Positions 1 through 8,902 are shown, counted from the first letter of the stretch. The stretch is 32,000 nucleotides of DNA from Geotalea uraniireducens Rf4 (GCF_000016745.1 NC_009483.1:960001-992000), one strand, 5' to 3'. Made by a program: numbers and translations. Notes: generated by a model not told the origin, from the sequence alone.

Positions 1-162
1 AAAATCCCGTTTTTCGACCAGCCGTTCCAGTCCCCTGTGGACATAGCTGATGGACGGAATGGCGTCGATAACCTTTTCATCTTCCGTCACCAGATCGAAG
101 TGAATCGGCTCGGGAAGAATCGGGTGTTGCGGTCCGATAGGGATGATGTTTCTCTGGGCCAT
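1..162 (-). CDS. [NiFe] hydrogenase large subunit / NuoD-like protein, N-terminal part (gene runs off the window start)
   Basis: Reverse translation from the ATG at 162-160 gives MAQRNIIPIGPQHPILPEPIHFDLVTEDEKVIDAIPSISYVHRGLERLVEKRDF. This is the conserved N-terminus of group-4 membrane-bound hydrogenase large subunits (EchE/CooH/HycE type) and NuoD. It starts 4 nt after the stop of the upstream NuoC-like gene. Confidence 0.75.
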   Translation of the reverse strand, partial: MAQRNIIPIGPQHPILPEPIHFDLVTEDEKVIDAIPSISYVHRGLERLVEKRDF

Positions 163-166
163 GGCG

Positions 167-553
167 TTAACCCTTCTCCTTCTGCGGCGGCGGTTCCGAA
201 AACTTCACATTGCCGATGCTGAACGGCGTGCTGATCGCGGTCCGGTAGAGCGTGCCCCGGTAATCGACGGTTATGTGGGTAATGGTAATGCCGAAGAGAT
301 CGTGGATCTCGTTCTCGTACAAAAAGGCATTGGGATAGATCACGCTGATGCTCGGCACTTCTTCGTCCGGCCTCACGGTAAAGCGCAGATTTCTGAAGCG
401 GTATTCCCGGTCAAAGGAGTAGGTGAGCTCATAGGCTTCCGGCAGCGTTGTACAGCCGATCTGCACCAGCCGGTACCCTTCAGCGAAGAGCTGCGCCACG
501 ATCCCAACCAGATCGCTCTTCTCGACGGGCACTATTTCCTGGGGTTCACTCAT
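167..553 (-). CDS. NuoC-like (30 kDa-type) subunit of a membrane-bound hydrogenase / complex-I-like module
   Basis: ORF 167..577. I prefer the ATG at 553 (MSEPQEIV...) because GAGGAG lies 7 nt upstream. The segment ...VPSISVIYPNAFLYENEIHDLFGITI... resembles the NuoC/CooU motif (PS...W.ERE..D.FGI). It sits directly upstream of the NuoD-like large subunit. Confidence 0.65.
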   Translation of the reverse strand: MSEPQEIVPVEKSDLVGIVAQLFAEGYRLVQIGCTTLPEAYELTYSFDREYRFRNLRFTVRPDEEVPSISVIYPNAFLYENEIHDLFGITITHITVDYRGTLYRTAISTPFSIGNVKFSEPPPQKEKG

Positions 554-589
554 GATTAACTCCTCGGTTGATATCATAACTCCCCCTGC

Positions 590-644
590 CCCCCTCTTAT
601 CTTAAGAGGGGGAACGTATCACTCCTCCCCTTAAGCTAAGGGGA
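590..644. repeat. Two adjacent short palindromic hairpins (CCCCCTCTTA-tct-TAAGAGGGGG and TCCCCTTA-agc-TAAGGGGA)
   Basis: A perfect 10-bp stem at 590-599/603-612 and a perfect 8-bp stem at 626-633/637-644, in the intergenic region between glgX and the hydrogenase genes. They share a CCCYTTAAG-type core. Confidence 0.6.
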
Positions 645-775
645 CCCAAAGGGCCTAAAGAGGTTGGGAGGGGTTATGGAAACTTCTTCTGCTGCTCATA
701 TTTCTCGTCGAGGATCGCGCACGCCTTGAGCATGCCATCGATGATTGCTTCAGCAGCAGTTTGAGAGAAGACGGA

Positions 776-2857
776 TCAGCCTGCGCCCGCAGGAGCACGG
801 GCAAACATGACAGCCAGCGAGTGCGGCGGCAGTTCATAGGTTTTTCCTTCGACCGCCGGCGTCTCGTCCAACGGCACGATGTCGGCGGGAGATGCGAGGG
901 AAGTGTCGAGCCAGCGGCGCCAGCCCACTCCCGGCTGCTTACGGACCAGGGGGAGCTCAAACGCGAGGGACTCCCGCCAGGCGTTGACCATGAGATGGAA
1001 GACGAAACGGCCGGTCAGGCTCCAGGTCGTGAGGGCAATGCTGTGCGAGTTATCTCCCCAGTCGGGCCGCCCCAGCCTTACGCCGTGCCACTCAAGCCGT
1101 GCCTGGCGGAGGAGCTGGTTGAGGGTCAGGTCGGGGTCCTCAACCGCCAGGTCGCGCTTCAGTCGTGCGTCAATCAAAAGACGCACGAAGCGGCGGACGT
1201 CGCTATGTTGCTCAAGCAGCCCCCAGTCGAACCAGCCGGTCTCATTGTCCTGGCAGTAAGCGTTGTTGTTTCCCCACTGGGTGCGGCGCACCTCGTCCCC
1301 CATGAGGAGCATCGGCGCGCCGAGGGCGAGGAGGGTTACCGTCAGGAAGTTCTTCACCTGGCGGTTGCGGAGCGCCTCGATTGCCGGGTCGTCGGAGGGG
1401 CCCTCGCCGCCGCAGTTCCAGCTCAGGTTGAGGTCGGTCCCGTCGCGATTCTCCTCGCCGTTGGCTTCGTTGTGCTTCCGGTTGTAGGAGACGAGGTCGT
1501 TGAGGGTGAAGCCGTCGTGGCAGGTGACGAAGTTGATGCTCTGCTCCGGTTCCCGTTCCTGGTGGCCGTAGATGTCGGGGCTGGCCAGGAGCCGCGAGGC
1601 GAAGCGGGTGACCGTGCCGGCGTCACCCCTGAGGAAGCTCCGCACGTCGTCACGGAACTTGCCGTTCCACTCCTTCCAGCTGTCGCCGATGAAGCTCCCC
1701 ACCTGGTAAAGGCCGGCCGCGTCCCAGGCCTCGGCAATCAGCTTGATCCCCGCCAGGGCCGGGTCCGTTTCGATGTCCCAGAGAAGCGGCGGGTTCTCCA
1801 GGAGGTCTCCACGCTCGTCGCGGGCGAGGATGGAGGCCAGATCGAAACGGAAGCCGTCCACGTGCATCTCCCTCACCCAGTAATGAATGCTGTCGCTGAT
1901 GAGCCGCCGGACGATGGGATTGTTGGCGTTGAGTGTGTTGCCGCAGCCGGAATAGTTGGCGTAGGTTTCGCCATCGGGCTCCAGCGTGTAGTAGAAATTA
2001 TTCGCCAGCCCCCGGTAGCAGAGGGTTGGCCCGCGGTCATCTCCTTCGGCGGTATGATTGAAGACCACGTCGAGGATCACTTCGATGCCGGCCCGGTGGA
2101 GTGCCTTTACCATGTCGCGGAACTCGTCGAGCGGGCCGAGCGGGTCCGGGCGGGAACTGTATGCCGCATGGGGGGCGAAGAAGGAGATGGGGCTGTAGCC
2201 CCAGTAGTTGTCGAACCCCTCGGGAGCGTCCCGGGCATCGAACTGGAAGACCGGCAGGAGCTCGATGGCGGTGACCCCCAGTTCCTGCAGGTAGGGGATC
2301 TTCTCCACCAGTCCCGCATAGGTGCCGCGCTTCCCCTCTGTGACCCCCGACGAGGGGGGGCGGGTGAAGCCGGCCACATGCAGTTCATAGATCACGGTCC
2401 GCGAGAAGGGGCGCTTCAAGGGGATGTCCCCTTCCCAGTCGTACCCGCGGGGGTCGGCTACCACGCTCTTCATGGCCACTGCCGCGTTGTCGCCCGGCTC
2501 GGCCACGGCACGGCGGCTGTAGCCGGCCGGGACCGCCACCGCCCGGCCATAGGGGTCGATGAGGAGCTTGTACGGGTCGAACCGGAGTCCCCGCCGGGGG
2601 TCATGGGGACCGGCGACGCGGTAGCCGTACAGTTGGCCCGACCCAAGGCCGGGGACAAAAGTATGCCAGTAATGGTAGGTGCGGTTGCGCTTCGGGTGGA
2701 GCGTTACGGTTCGGGACGGCCGGGCGTCGTCGACCCGGTCGAAGAGGTGCAGCTCGACGCCGGTGCAGTCACGCGAGAAGATGCTGAAGTTCACCCCGCC
2801 GGGAAAGACCGTGGCGCCGAGGGGAGATGATGTGCCGCTGTCGATGGGTGAATTCAT
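776..2857 (-). CDS. glgX: Glycogen debranching enzyme (isoamylase, GH13)
   Basis: 693-aa ORF. The N-terminus is ...PLGATVFPGGVNFSIFSRDCTGVELHLFD...YHYWHTFVPGLGSGQLYGYRV.GP. GH13 catalytic regions are present (DVVFNHT, GFRFDLASIL, EAWD, FVTCHDGFTL). The long + strand ORF 761..2830 is its antisense shadow. Confidence 0.93.
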   Translation of the reverse strand: MNSPIDSGTSSPLGATVFPGGVNFSIFSRDCTGVELHLFDRVDDARPSRTVTLHPKRNRTYHYWHTFVPGLGSGQLYGYRVAGPHDPRRGLRFDPYKLLIDPYGRAVAVPAGYSRRAVAEPGDNAAVAMKSVVADPRGYDWEGDIPLKRPFSRTVIYELHVAGFTRPPSSGVTEGKRGTYAGLVEKIPYLQELGVTAIELLPVFQFDARDAPEGFDNYWGYSPISFFAPHAAYSSRPDPLGPLDEFRDMVKALHRAGIEVILDVVFNHTAEGDDRGPTLCYRGLANNFYYTLEPDGETYANYSGCGNTLNANNPIVRRLISDSIHYWVREMHVDGFRFDLASILARDERGDLLENPPLLWDIETDPALAGIKLIAEAWDAAGLYQVGSFIGDSWKEWNGKFRDDVRSFLRGDAGTVTRFASRLLASPDIYGHQEREPEQSINFVTCHDGFTLNDLVSYNRKHNEANGEENRDGTDLNLSWNCGGEGPSDDPAIEALRNRQVKNFLTVTLLALGAPMLLMGDEVRRTQWGNNNAYCQDNETGWFDWGLLEQHSDVRRFVRLLIDARLKRDLAVEDPDLTLNQLLRQARLEWHGVRLGRPDWGDNSHSIALTTWSLTGRFVFHLMVNAWRESLAFELPLVRKQPGVGWRRWLDTSLASPADIVPLDETPAVEGKTYELPPHSLAVMFARAPAGAG

Positions 2858-2875
2858 GGTAATCTCCCTTCTGCG

Positions 2876-4525
2876 TTAGCCGGTGACGCCGCTCTCGGGT
2901 GGCGCAGGCGGCGCGTGCCACTGCTCCCGCGGCACGACCTTCGGCTCCCGCGTGTCGGCCTCGTAGGCGGGAGTCATGATCTGCACGCCGTACTCATTGA
3001 AAACGTCGAGAATATGCCGGTGCAGCTCGGTATAGAGGCTGTTCATCTCACGGGGGTTGTCGCAGTAGACATTGAGCTCGTAGTTGATCGCGAAATCCCC
3101 TAACCCCATCAGCAGGATGAACGGACGCGGCTCCTTGAGCAGCCCCGGGGTGCGTTCCGCCGCCTGGACCAGCATCGCCTCCACCTGCCGCCAGGGGGTC
3201 TCGTAGCCGATTCCGACCGTGGTGTGCAGGATCAGCCCTGGTGTGTGGGCCAGGGAGCTGTAGTTCACGACATGACCGTTGAGGATTTGGGAATTGGGGA
3301 TGGTCACTTCCTCGTTCTTCAGGGAACGAAGATGGGTCACCTGGAGCCGCATGGTGATCACGTCACCGATCACGTCACCCACTTTGACCCGGTCGCCGAC
3401 CTTGAACACCCGTCGGTAGGTCATCATGTAGCCGGCGATGATATTGGAGATTGCCGTGGATGAGCCGAGGGAAAACACCACGCCGATGAAGAGCGAAATT
3501 CCCTTGAATGCCGCCGACTCGGAGCCGGGGATGTACGGGTAGGCCACGATCAGACCGAAGGCGATGACCGCAAAGCGGACGAGTTTGTAGGTGGGATGCG
3601 CCCAATCCGCATCGAACCCCGCAAGGGTGACCGTTTTACGCGCCGCGGCGTCGAAGAAGAGACGGAGAAACCGCAGGATAAAACGGAAAAGAAAAAAGAG
3701 GATGATGAGGACGAGCAGATCGGGGATCCAGGCCACGACAGCCTTGCCCATATGACCCAGCGCATCGGTAACGAGGTCGAGGAGCCGGCTGGCGATGCCG
3801 CTCGTCCAGGGGAAGAGCGCAAGCACGCCTTGCAGGTAGACAAAGGACACCGCCAGAATGGTCCCGATGCGGACGCCGTACAGCATGCCGTGGAGCGCCC
3901 CCCAGATATGCTCCGCCGGCACGATCTCGAAAGACTGGATGCCGACGGAATGGATCCGCTTCTTCACCCGTTCCGTCAGCACTTTGTCGAGCAGCCGCCC
4001 CAGCCGGACAAGGAACACCATCCCCAGAACCAGCAGAACAGTTGCCCCCGCTGCGTACAGACCTCCCCGCAGCAGGGCGTCATTGCTGCGCATGCGACGG
4101 TAATCGTCGATGGCCTGGCGGATCCTCTTCAGGTGTACGCTGACGAGGTACTGGCGGCTCAGATGCTCCAGCCTGGCGTCCGCTTCGGTCAGGACCATCA
4201 GGGGCCGGTCCCCGGCCACGATCGTCATGGTGTTGTCGGCATCGTCGATGCGCAACCCGTCGCTGCGGAAGGAGCGGTCCGCGGCAACCGCCTCGATCCG
4301 TTCCTTGATGGCGGCGGCACGTTGCTCGGCCGGATATGATGATGCCCCCCGGACGCGAAACAGCACCTGGCCGTCAATCTCCACCGGGGCCGTTGTGAGC
4401 TCGGCTTCGGGCGTGGCGACAGCTCCCGTGCGGCTCTCTTCCCCCGCCGCAGACATGTGAAAAGCCGTGCCGGCAAGCATAAAGAATAGGACTGGAATAA
4501 TTAAAATTCTGCGGAACATTACCAT
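2876..4525 (-). CDS. Mechanosensitive ion channel family protein (MscS-like, large periplasmic N-domain)
   Basis: ORF 2876..4663. The likely start is the ATG at 4525 (MVMFRRILIIPVLFFMLAGTAFHMSAAG, signal-like). The MscS beta-domain signature is present: FKVGDRVKVGDVIGDVITMRLQVTHLRSLKNEEVTIPNSQILNGHVVNYS. There are several TM helices upstream of it. Confidence 0.85.
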   Translation of the reverse strand: MVMFRRILIIPVLFFMLAGTAFHMSAAGEESRTGAVATPEAELTTAPVEIDGQVLFRVRGASSYPAEQRAAAIKERIEAVAADRSFRSDGLRIDDADNTMTIVAGDRPLMVLTEADARLEHLSRQYLVSVHLKRIRQAIDDYRRMRSNDALLRGGLYAAGATVLLVLGMVFLVRLGRLLDKVLTERVKKRIHSVGIQSFEIVPAEHIWGALHGMLYGVRIGTILAVSFVYLQGVLALFPWTSGIASRLLDLVTDALGHMGKAVVAWIPDLLVLIILFFLFRFILRFLRLFFDAAARKTVTLAGFDADWAHPTYKLVRFAVIAFGLIVAYPYIPGSESAAFKGISLFIGVVFSLGSSTAISNIIAGYMMTYRRVFKVGDRVKVGDVIGDVITMRLQVTHLRSLKNEEVTIPNSQILNGHVVNYSSLAHTPGLILHTTVGIGYETPWRQVEAMLVQAAERTPGLLKEPRPFILLMGLGDFAINYELNVYCDNPREMNSLYTELHRHILDVFNEYGVQIMTPAYEADTREPKVVPREQWHAPPAPPESGVTG

Positions 4526-4710
4526 GCCATCTCCGAGCCGGCGTAGTTTGCAGAAGATGAGGTCGGTGGCGCGGTGTCCACGGCAGCCGCATGGCCCGTT
4601 CCGGCCATTGCCGAAGCCGTGACCAGGTACAGCGTCAGTGTAAATGAAGCCGTCGAACCCCACATCTTGCCGAAGAATCTGCCCATACCATGCCCCTGTG
4701 ATATGAACCT

Positions 4711-4869
4711 ATAAAAAGCATTTTAGCCACGAATTTTCACGAATTTGCACGAATATACAAGCTCTTGTGATGCAGAAGACACTCATCAGATCGGTGACTA
4801 CTCAAGACTTTACAAGGGGTCAAAAACATTCGTGTTTATTCGTGCCATTCGTGGCTAACTGCCGTTTTT
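4711..4869. repeat. Structured intergenic repeat, copy A (inverted arms of CACGAAT 9-10-mer tandems around a ~68-nt core)
   Basis: The left arm TTAGCCACGAATTTTCACGAATTTGCACGAATATAC (from 4723) and the right arm ...CATTCGTGTTTATTCGTGCCATTCGTGGCTAA (to 4858) are reverse complements. The whole 4711-4869 segment matches the reverse complement of 9555-9703 almost base for base, with one extra 10-mer in copy A. Confidence 0.85.
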
Positions 4870-5304
4870 AGGATGAATTGTCATAATCCCGCGAACTTTT
4901 GTTCGGTTTTTTGTGCCGCGATACATATAACATTTCGCACATTGCTGAGCGAGCCTGGACTCCTTTGAACCGCAAAGCATAGCACTGTGTCTCATACAGC
5001 TTCTCATGAATAATACCTTATTTGCGGGTCTCTGCAAGGTCGCTCATGTAACCCTTGCTGCGCTCCGATTCATAATCGGAGCAGCCGTTGTCAGCAACAA
5101 TGCACAAGCGATCAGTTGCCGCCCCCCTGGGCACCTGTCTGCAGCGATTGCAGTACCTGGTCGAGGCCGAAGGTGCCGACTTTCCGGCGCGGCGGGAATT
5201 CCCTGAACATGCCCAGGAACTATTTCTGAATGCCGACTGATTCAGATTCAAGCGTGTTCATGTTCATCTAACTCCCACGAAGGCGGCGGATTCCATCCGC
5301 CCGC

Positions 5305-5733
5305 TCAATTGATCCAGCCCTGATCCTGGAAGCGCTTCTTGAGCACATCGGCGATTTCCTTGGCGGTCTGCTTCGCCTGGCCCTCAACCTTGCTGCTGCC
5401 ACTCTTTTACCCATATAGTTTCATCCCGGTGCTGACGATGAGTCCCGCCGGGTTGGCGGTGGCAATGAAGGCTGCAGCAGACCGCAAGATACGTCCGCAT
5501 CTTGATCGGTTGCCCCATCGGAGCATGCTCGGCGTCCGGCCTGGCCACGTTGGTCTGCTGCCTGCAGACCGTGCCGAAGGTGACCAGGGGGTAGCCGTAA
5601 ATGTAGGAGTCGGTTGCAATGCTGACCGCCTCCACCACCCCCAGCGGCAGGGCGTCATCCGCGCCGGCGGTGAGGGAAATGCTGCCGTGGCCACCAGGCA
5701 CAGGGCCGCGGCTATGCGTTTGATCGATGGCAT
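5305..5733 (-). pseudogene. Remnant of a DUF1254-family secreted protein (frameshifted, truncated)
   Basis: A signal-peptide-like start (MPSIKRIAAALCLVATAAF) is in one frame. The DUF1254-like core ...AVSIATDSYIYGYPLVTFGTVCRQQTNV..PDAEHAPMGQPIKMRTY is in a second frame (ORF 5384..5782). The reading then returns to the first frame (...FIATANPAGLIVSTGMKLYG), hits an in-frame TAA at 5407-5409 and ends in an unrelated tail at 5305. Only ~140 codons remain of a family I remember as several hundred residues long. Confidence 0.5.
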
Positions 5734-5806
5734 CGGTCTTACCTCCGGAAATTGGGAAATGAGTTTCCACCATGCCTTTCACGTGAAAGGCACGGCGCTG
5801 TCAAGC

Positions 5807-6496
5807 CTACGGTTTGTAGTTGCTGTAGGGGCCCCCGACCCGGTCATAGGTGTTGCCAATCTCGTCCTGAGTGATATGGGTTTTGCCGTTGTCGGTCATG
5901 AAGACCAGATCCTGTTCAAGTATTGGGGAGCGGAACTTCCAGCCCGGGGGCAGCTTCAGGCGCGAACCGAGATCCTTCAGATCCTTGAGTTTCACCAGCG
6001 CCACGAGCATCCCCAGCATGAACACCTCCATCATGCCCCACGGTTCGACACTCTTCAGGATGCGCATGAGGATGGTGATACCGGCGGGTATCCGGCCGAA
6101 CTTCAGCGTCATGAGGATATGGATCATGACGGCGATCTCGATGGCTGGCACCAGGATGGTCGTGACGAACACGAGGGCGGCGACAGCCCACATGTCCTGC
6201 ATCCATAGGGCATGGACGGCGCCAAGGAGGTTGGTGTCATTGCGCGTTCCCTGGATTTCGAGGCCGACAACGGGGTACGCATTGGCGACGATGAATACCA
6301 CGGCGGCAGCCAGGGTAAGGGCGAGAGGATGGTCAACACTCTTGTGGGCGGAGCGGTAAAGTTCCGCGCCGCAGCGGCTGCAGCGCGCCACCCTGCCGGG
6401 AGGAAGGCGGATCTCCCGCTGGAGCAGGTCACACTCGTGACAGGCGATGATCGGAGCGAATTGCATGTTGTTTTCCAGCACATGGGGCTGTGGCAC
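5807..6496 (-). CDS. PqiA (paraquat-inducible protein A) family membrane protein, single module, atypical C-terminus
   Basis: It carries the paired CxxC motifs (ACHECDLL...CSRCGAEL), TM helices and ...EPWGMMEVFMLGMLVALVKL typical of PqiA. The last ~50 aa (KDLKDLGSRLKLPPGWKF...GPYSNYKP) are hydrophilic where a final TM helix is expected. An alternative start is the ATG at 6466. Confidence 0.65.
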   Translation of the reverse strand: MPQPHVLENNMQFAPIIACHECDLLQREIRLPPGRVARCSRCGAELYRSAHKSVDHPLALTLAAAVVFIVANAYPVVGLEIQGTRNDTNLLGAVHALWMQDMWAVAALVFVTTILVPAIEIAVMIHILMTLKFGRIPAGITILMRILKSVEPWGMMEVFMLGMLVALVKLKDLKDLGSRLKLPPGWKFRSPILEQDLVFMTDNGKTHITQDEIGNTYDRVGGPYSNYKP

Positions 6497-6558
6497 GCAA
6501 ACTCCTGGTAAACCTGGTCCGGTGTCCGCTTCTTGAAGAATTGGCGGGGCCGGAGATT

Positions 6559-7320
6559 CTACTTTCCAAGGTGGTCAAGTGCTTTCCGCAGTGGAGCACT
6601 GGAAACCTTGATCGTTCCTGTGAGCGGGGTGTTCATCTCCAGTATGAGAAAGATTGCGCCCGATACCGACAACGCGCTGACGAGTAATACCGCAATCACC
6701 GTCGCGTTGCGGGGAGCCAGCATACCAAAGCAGACAAAGAGCATGGTAAGCCAGAAAAGCAGTACAATCAGAAATGCTTTTGGGAGTGAGCTCTGAGTCT
6801 GCTCGATAAGCAGCCAGCGTGATTGCGCCAGTTCAGCGGCGATCTGAAGGGCCTGCGACTGAAGTATGCGTTGTGAGTTGTTCCGTGGCAACAGCTCCCG
6901 CAGTTTGTCTTGAATTCTCTCAATACCGGACGCAACCTCAATGTTATCCACGTGTGCCTGCCTGGTCTTTTCTTCAGGCCAGATCAGTCCGATTGCGGTG
7001 GCGACGCTGCCTCGCAGCTGGTCACGGACCTCTTTCGTTTCCGGACCGTAGTTGGCCAGGACCCGGTCCAGCACGATGATCTTCGTGCTGCTCTGGGTCA
7101 GCTCGGAGTTCATCATATCCAATGAACTTTTTGCAGAGCTGACAAGCAGGCCGAGGACAAGAGCAGCCAGAGTGGCGATTAACGCGGCCGCCATTTTCAC
7201 AACATCTTTTGCTTCCTCGCTCAGATGTTGATCAGGCAAGAAAGCTCGAAGGAGCAAGCCGAGCAGCGCTCCGCCAAAGATGCACGCAAAAGCAATCAAA
7301 GTAACTGTGATTGAACTCAC
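6559..7320 (-). CDS. DUF4239-like (bestrophin-like) membrane protein
   Basis: 253-aa ORF with one N-terminal TM, a long helical soluble middle and two C-terminal TM helices (FLIVLLFWLTMLFVCFG / VIAVLLVSALSVSGAIFLILEM). The architecture matches my recollection of DUF4239. It appears full length. Confidence 0.5.
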   Translation of the reverse strand: MSSITVTLIAFACIFGGALLGLLLRAFLPDQHLSEEAKDVVKMAAALIATLAALVLGLLVSSAKSSLDMMNSELTQSSTKIIVLDRVLANYGPETKEVRDQLRGSVATAIGLIWPEEKTRQAHVDNIEVASGIERIQDKLRELLPRNNSQRILQSQALQIAAELAQSRWLLIEQTQSSLPKAFLIVLLFWLTMLFVCFGMLAPRNATVIAVLLVSALSVSGAIFLILEMNTPLTGTIKVSSAPLRKALDHLGK

Positions 7321-7379
7321 GATTCAACTCTCCAAAATAATTAGTGCGAAGTAGAAACCCACACAATGCACCAAATGGA

Positions 7380-7676
7380 TCAAAATATCGATTTGGGGAA
7401 CATGAACTGCACCTGCAGGCGAAGGGTCCAGTCGGGACCGGATTCCGGATGGGCCACGTTGCCGAACGCCTGCAGCTGAGTGTTCACCGGCAACTTGCCG
7501 ATGCGCCAGATCTTGCCGATACCGCCCCCCAGCGGCACGGTCCAGACGTCCCGTCCCGGCGCCTTCCAGTTGGCGGTGATGATCGTGGGAGCGTTGACTT
7601 ATTCCACGTCCTTCCCTTCCCGGCGGATGCGCATGAGATCAAGAGCTTCGACATAGGCATTGACGATAATTGCCCG
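7380..7676 (-). pseudogene. C-terminal fragment of an outer-membrane beta-barrel protein with an in-frame stop
   Basis: Reverse translation gives ...AIIVNAYVEALDLMRIRREGKDVE*VNAPTIITANWKAPGRDVWTVPLGGGIGKIWRIGKLPVNTQLQAFGNVAHPESGPDWTLRLQVQFMFPKSIF*. It has an alternating beta-strand pattern and a terminal aromatic-rich strand. There is no start codon or signal peptide, and a TAA interrupts it at 7599-7601. Confidence 0.5.
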
Positions 7677-7997
7677 TCATTTCAGAAATTCCCTCCCCGC
7701 ATCGTCGTAGCAGACCTCTTCGCTGAGATCCAGGTCGGGAAAACACCCAAAGCATTTCCCGTCGCAGTCGTAGTATGTCGAATTGCAGCTCTGGCCGGCA
7801 GTATCGGGATCGGTCACCGTGAGATTGCCGATATAGTTTCCTTCCTCGAGATTTCCCTTGTAACATGAAACGTCGATGTCCTCCTCCTGGGCATTCGCGG
7901 GTTTTCCCGGGGCATTCGCGGCAACGAGGAAAATGCCGATGAGGATCGCCACTTTCGTCGCTGCTCCACGTTTCTTTGCCAAAATGTTCATGTTCAT
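7677..7997 (-). CDS. Small secreted acidic cysteine-rich protein (hypothetical)
   Basis: The ATG at 7997 is preceded by GGAGGTGG. The translation is MNMNILAKKRGAATKVAILIGIFLVAANAPGKPANA (signal peptide) followed by a ~70-aa D/E-rich mature part with 6 Cys (CYKG, SCNS, YYDCDGKCFGCFPD, VCYDD). The track ORF 7677..8237 over-extends the N-terminus. Confidence 0.55.
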   Translation of the reverse strand: MNMNILAKKRGAATKVAILIGIFLVAANAPGKPANAQEEDIDVSCYKGNLEEGNYIGNLTVTDPDTAGQSCNSTYYDCDGKCFGCFPDLDLSEEVCYDDAGREFLK

Positions 7998-8095
7998 AAC
8001 CACCTCCCTTTGCACACACGAGGATGAAGCTCTTTCACTATCATTAGCAGTAGTTCCGCATGATCGTGAAGATCGGCCGTCTGGTGCCGGCGGCA

Positions 8096-8902
8096 TCAGA
8101 ACACCATCTGCAGCCTGAGCCCGAGGATCGTTGCGGTGTTGACCCCCTCCCTGACGAACGGGACCGGCCTGCTCAGGTCCACGGTGTCTTTCTGGGCCGG
8201 ATGCACGACCTGGATATCCGGCGTCAACAGGGCCCACGGGGTCAGAGCGACGCTGTAGTAAGCCTCGACCCCTTGCTCGTTCCTGAGGAACTGACGGGTC
8301 GCCAGCGGACCAGTGAAGGAAGGGTTCCTGACATCGATGTAGTACCAGCCGATGCCGAACTGGTCATGGGGCCGGCTTGCCATCATCCCCTTGCCGCCGA
8401 CGCCGAGGCTGAAGAAATAGTGAAGGGGGTTGGGGTTGCCGTCCGAGACACCGAATCGGCCGAAGATGCCGAAGCCCTTGCCAGAGCCCTTTTCAGGTTC
8501 GTAGAGGTACTGGTCGAAGTTGTAGTAGAAGGCCAGGGACCCTTTTTCCTTGGCAATGTTGTTGGTCGCGATGTTGGCCAGCCTCTGGTCAAGGGATGCG
8601 AACTCCTTGTTGGAATAGCTTATCCCGGCCAGTTGATGGCCAGTAAGCCCAAAGAAGTTGGTCCGCACCCGTCCCCCGCCGACAAAGCTCAGCCTGTTCT
8701 TATTCAGTGTACTGAAGCCGGTTGTGTTGGCATCTCCCACGGAATTCGCAACGAGCAAGGTCACAACGGCGCCCTTGGGGTCCTTGGTCGGGAGGATGAT
8801 CATGCCGGCAGCCAGCGGCGAATAGGGGAAAGTCAGCAGGAGAGTCGGATTGATGTTGAAGGCCAGGTTCATGAACTGGGTGTCATCCTTGAATAACGGC
8901 AC
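8096..8902 (-). pseudogene. N-terminally truncated porin (OprB/carbohydrate-porin-like beta-barrel)
   Basis: The 268-aa ORF ends in a classic barrel terminus (...TATILGLRLQMVF) and has porin-like strands (GFGIFGRFGVSDGNPNP, DQFGIGWYYIDV). It has no signal peptide and begins only 22 nt from the upstream gene fragment. The family call is from memory. Confidence 0.45.

Noticed and set aside
655-775. Possible small gene or read-through extension after the glgX stop (in-frame ...SQTAAEAIIDGMLKACAILDEKYEQQKKFP) and the 101-aa ORF 655..960
   Set aside because: The in-frame tail has no start codon except one giving a 19-aa peptide and has no RBS. The 101-aa ORF overlaps the glgX 3' end in another frame and is Arg/Ser-rich. 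Neither is supportable.
761-2830. 689-aa ORF on the + strand
   Set aside because: It is entirely antisense to glgX, whose translation has clear GH13 motifs. The composition is Arg/Ala/Gly/Val-rich, typical of a shadow ORF in high-GC DNA.
4526-4663. 46-aa N-terminal extension of the MscS-family ORF
   Set aside because: It has no homology-like features. The internal ATG at 4525 gives a proper signal or TM start.
4855-5251. Small ORFs (4855..5037 -, 5006..5206 +, 5018..5251 -) between repeat copy A and the DUF1254 remnant
   Set aside because: They are mutually overlapping and have no motifs or convincing RBS, apart from a 15-codon MNMNTLESESVGIQK peptide after GGGAG. The region is probably decayed sequence.
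5339-6208. 289-aa + strand ORF and the overlapping 8060..8896 + ORF
   Set aside because: They are antisense to the PqiA/DUF1254 remnant and to the porin fragment respectively, with shadow-frame composition.
6488-6503. TGGCACG motif suggestive of a sigma-54 -24 element
   Set aside because: There is no TTGC-type -12 element at the correct spacing, and the orientation does not serve a downstream gene.
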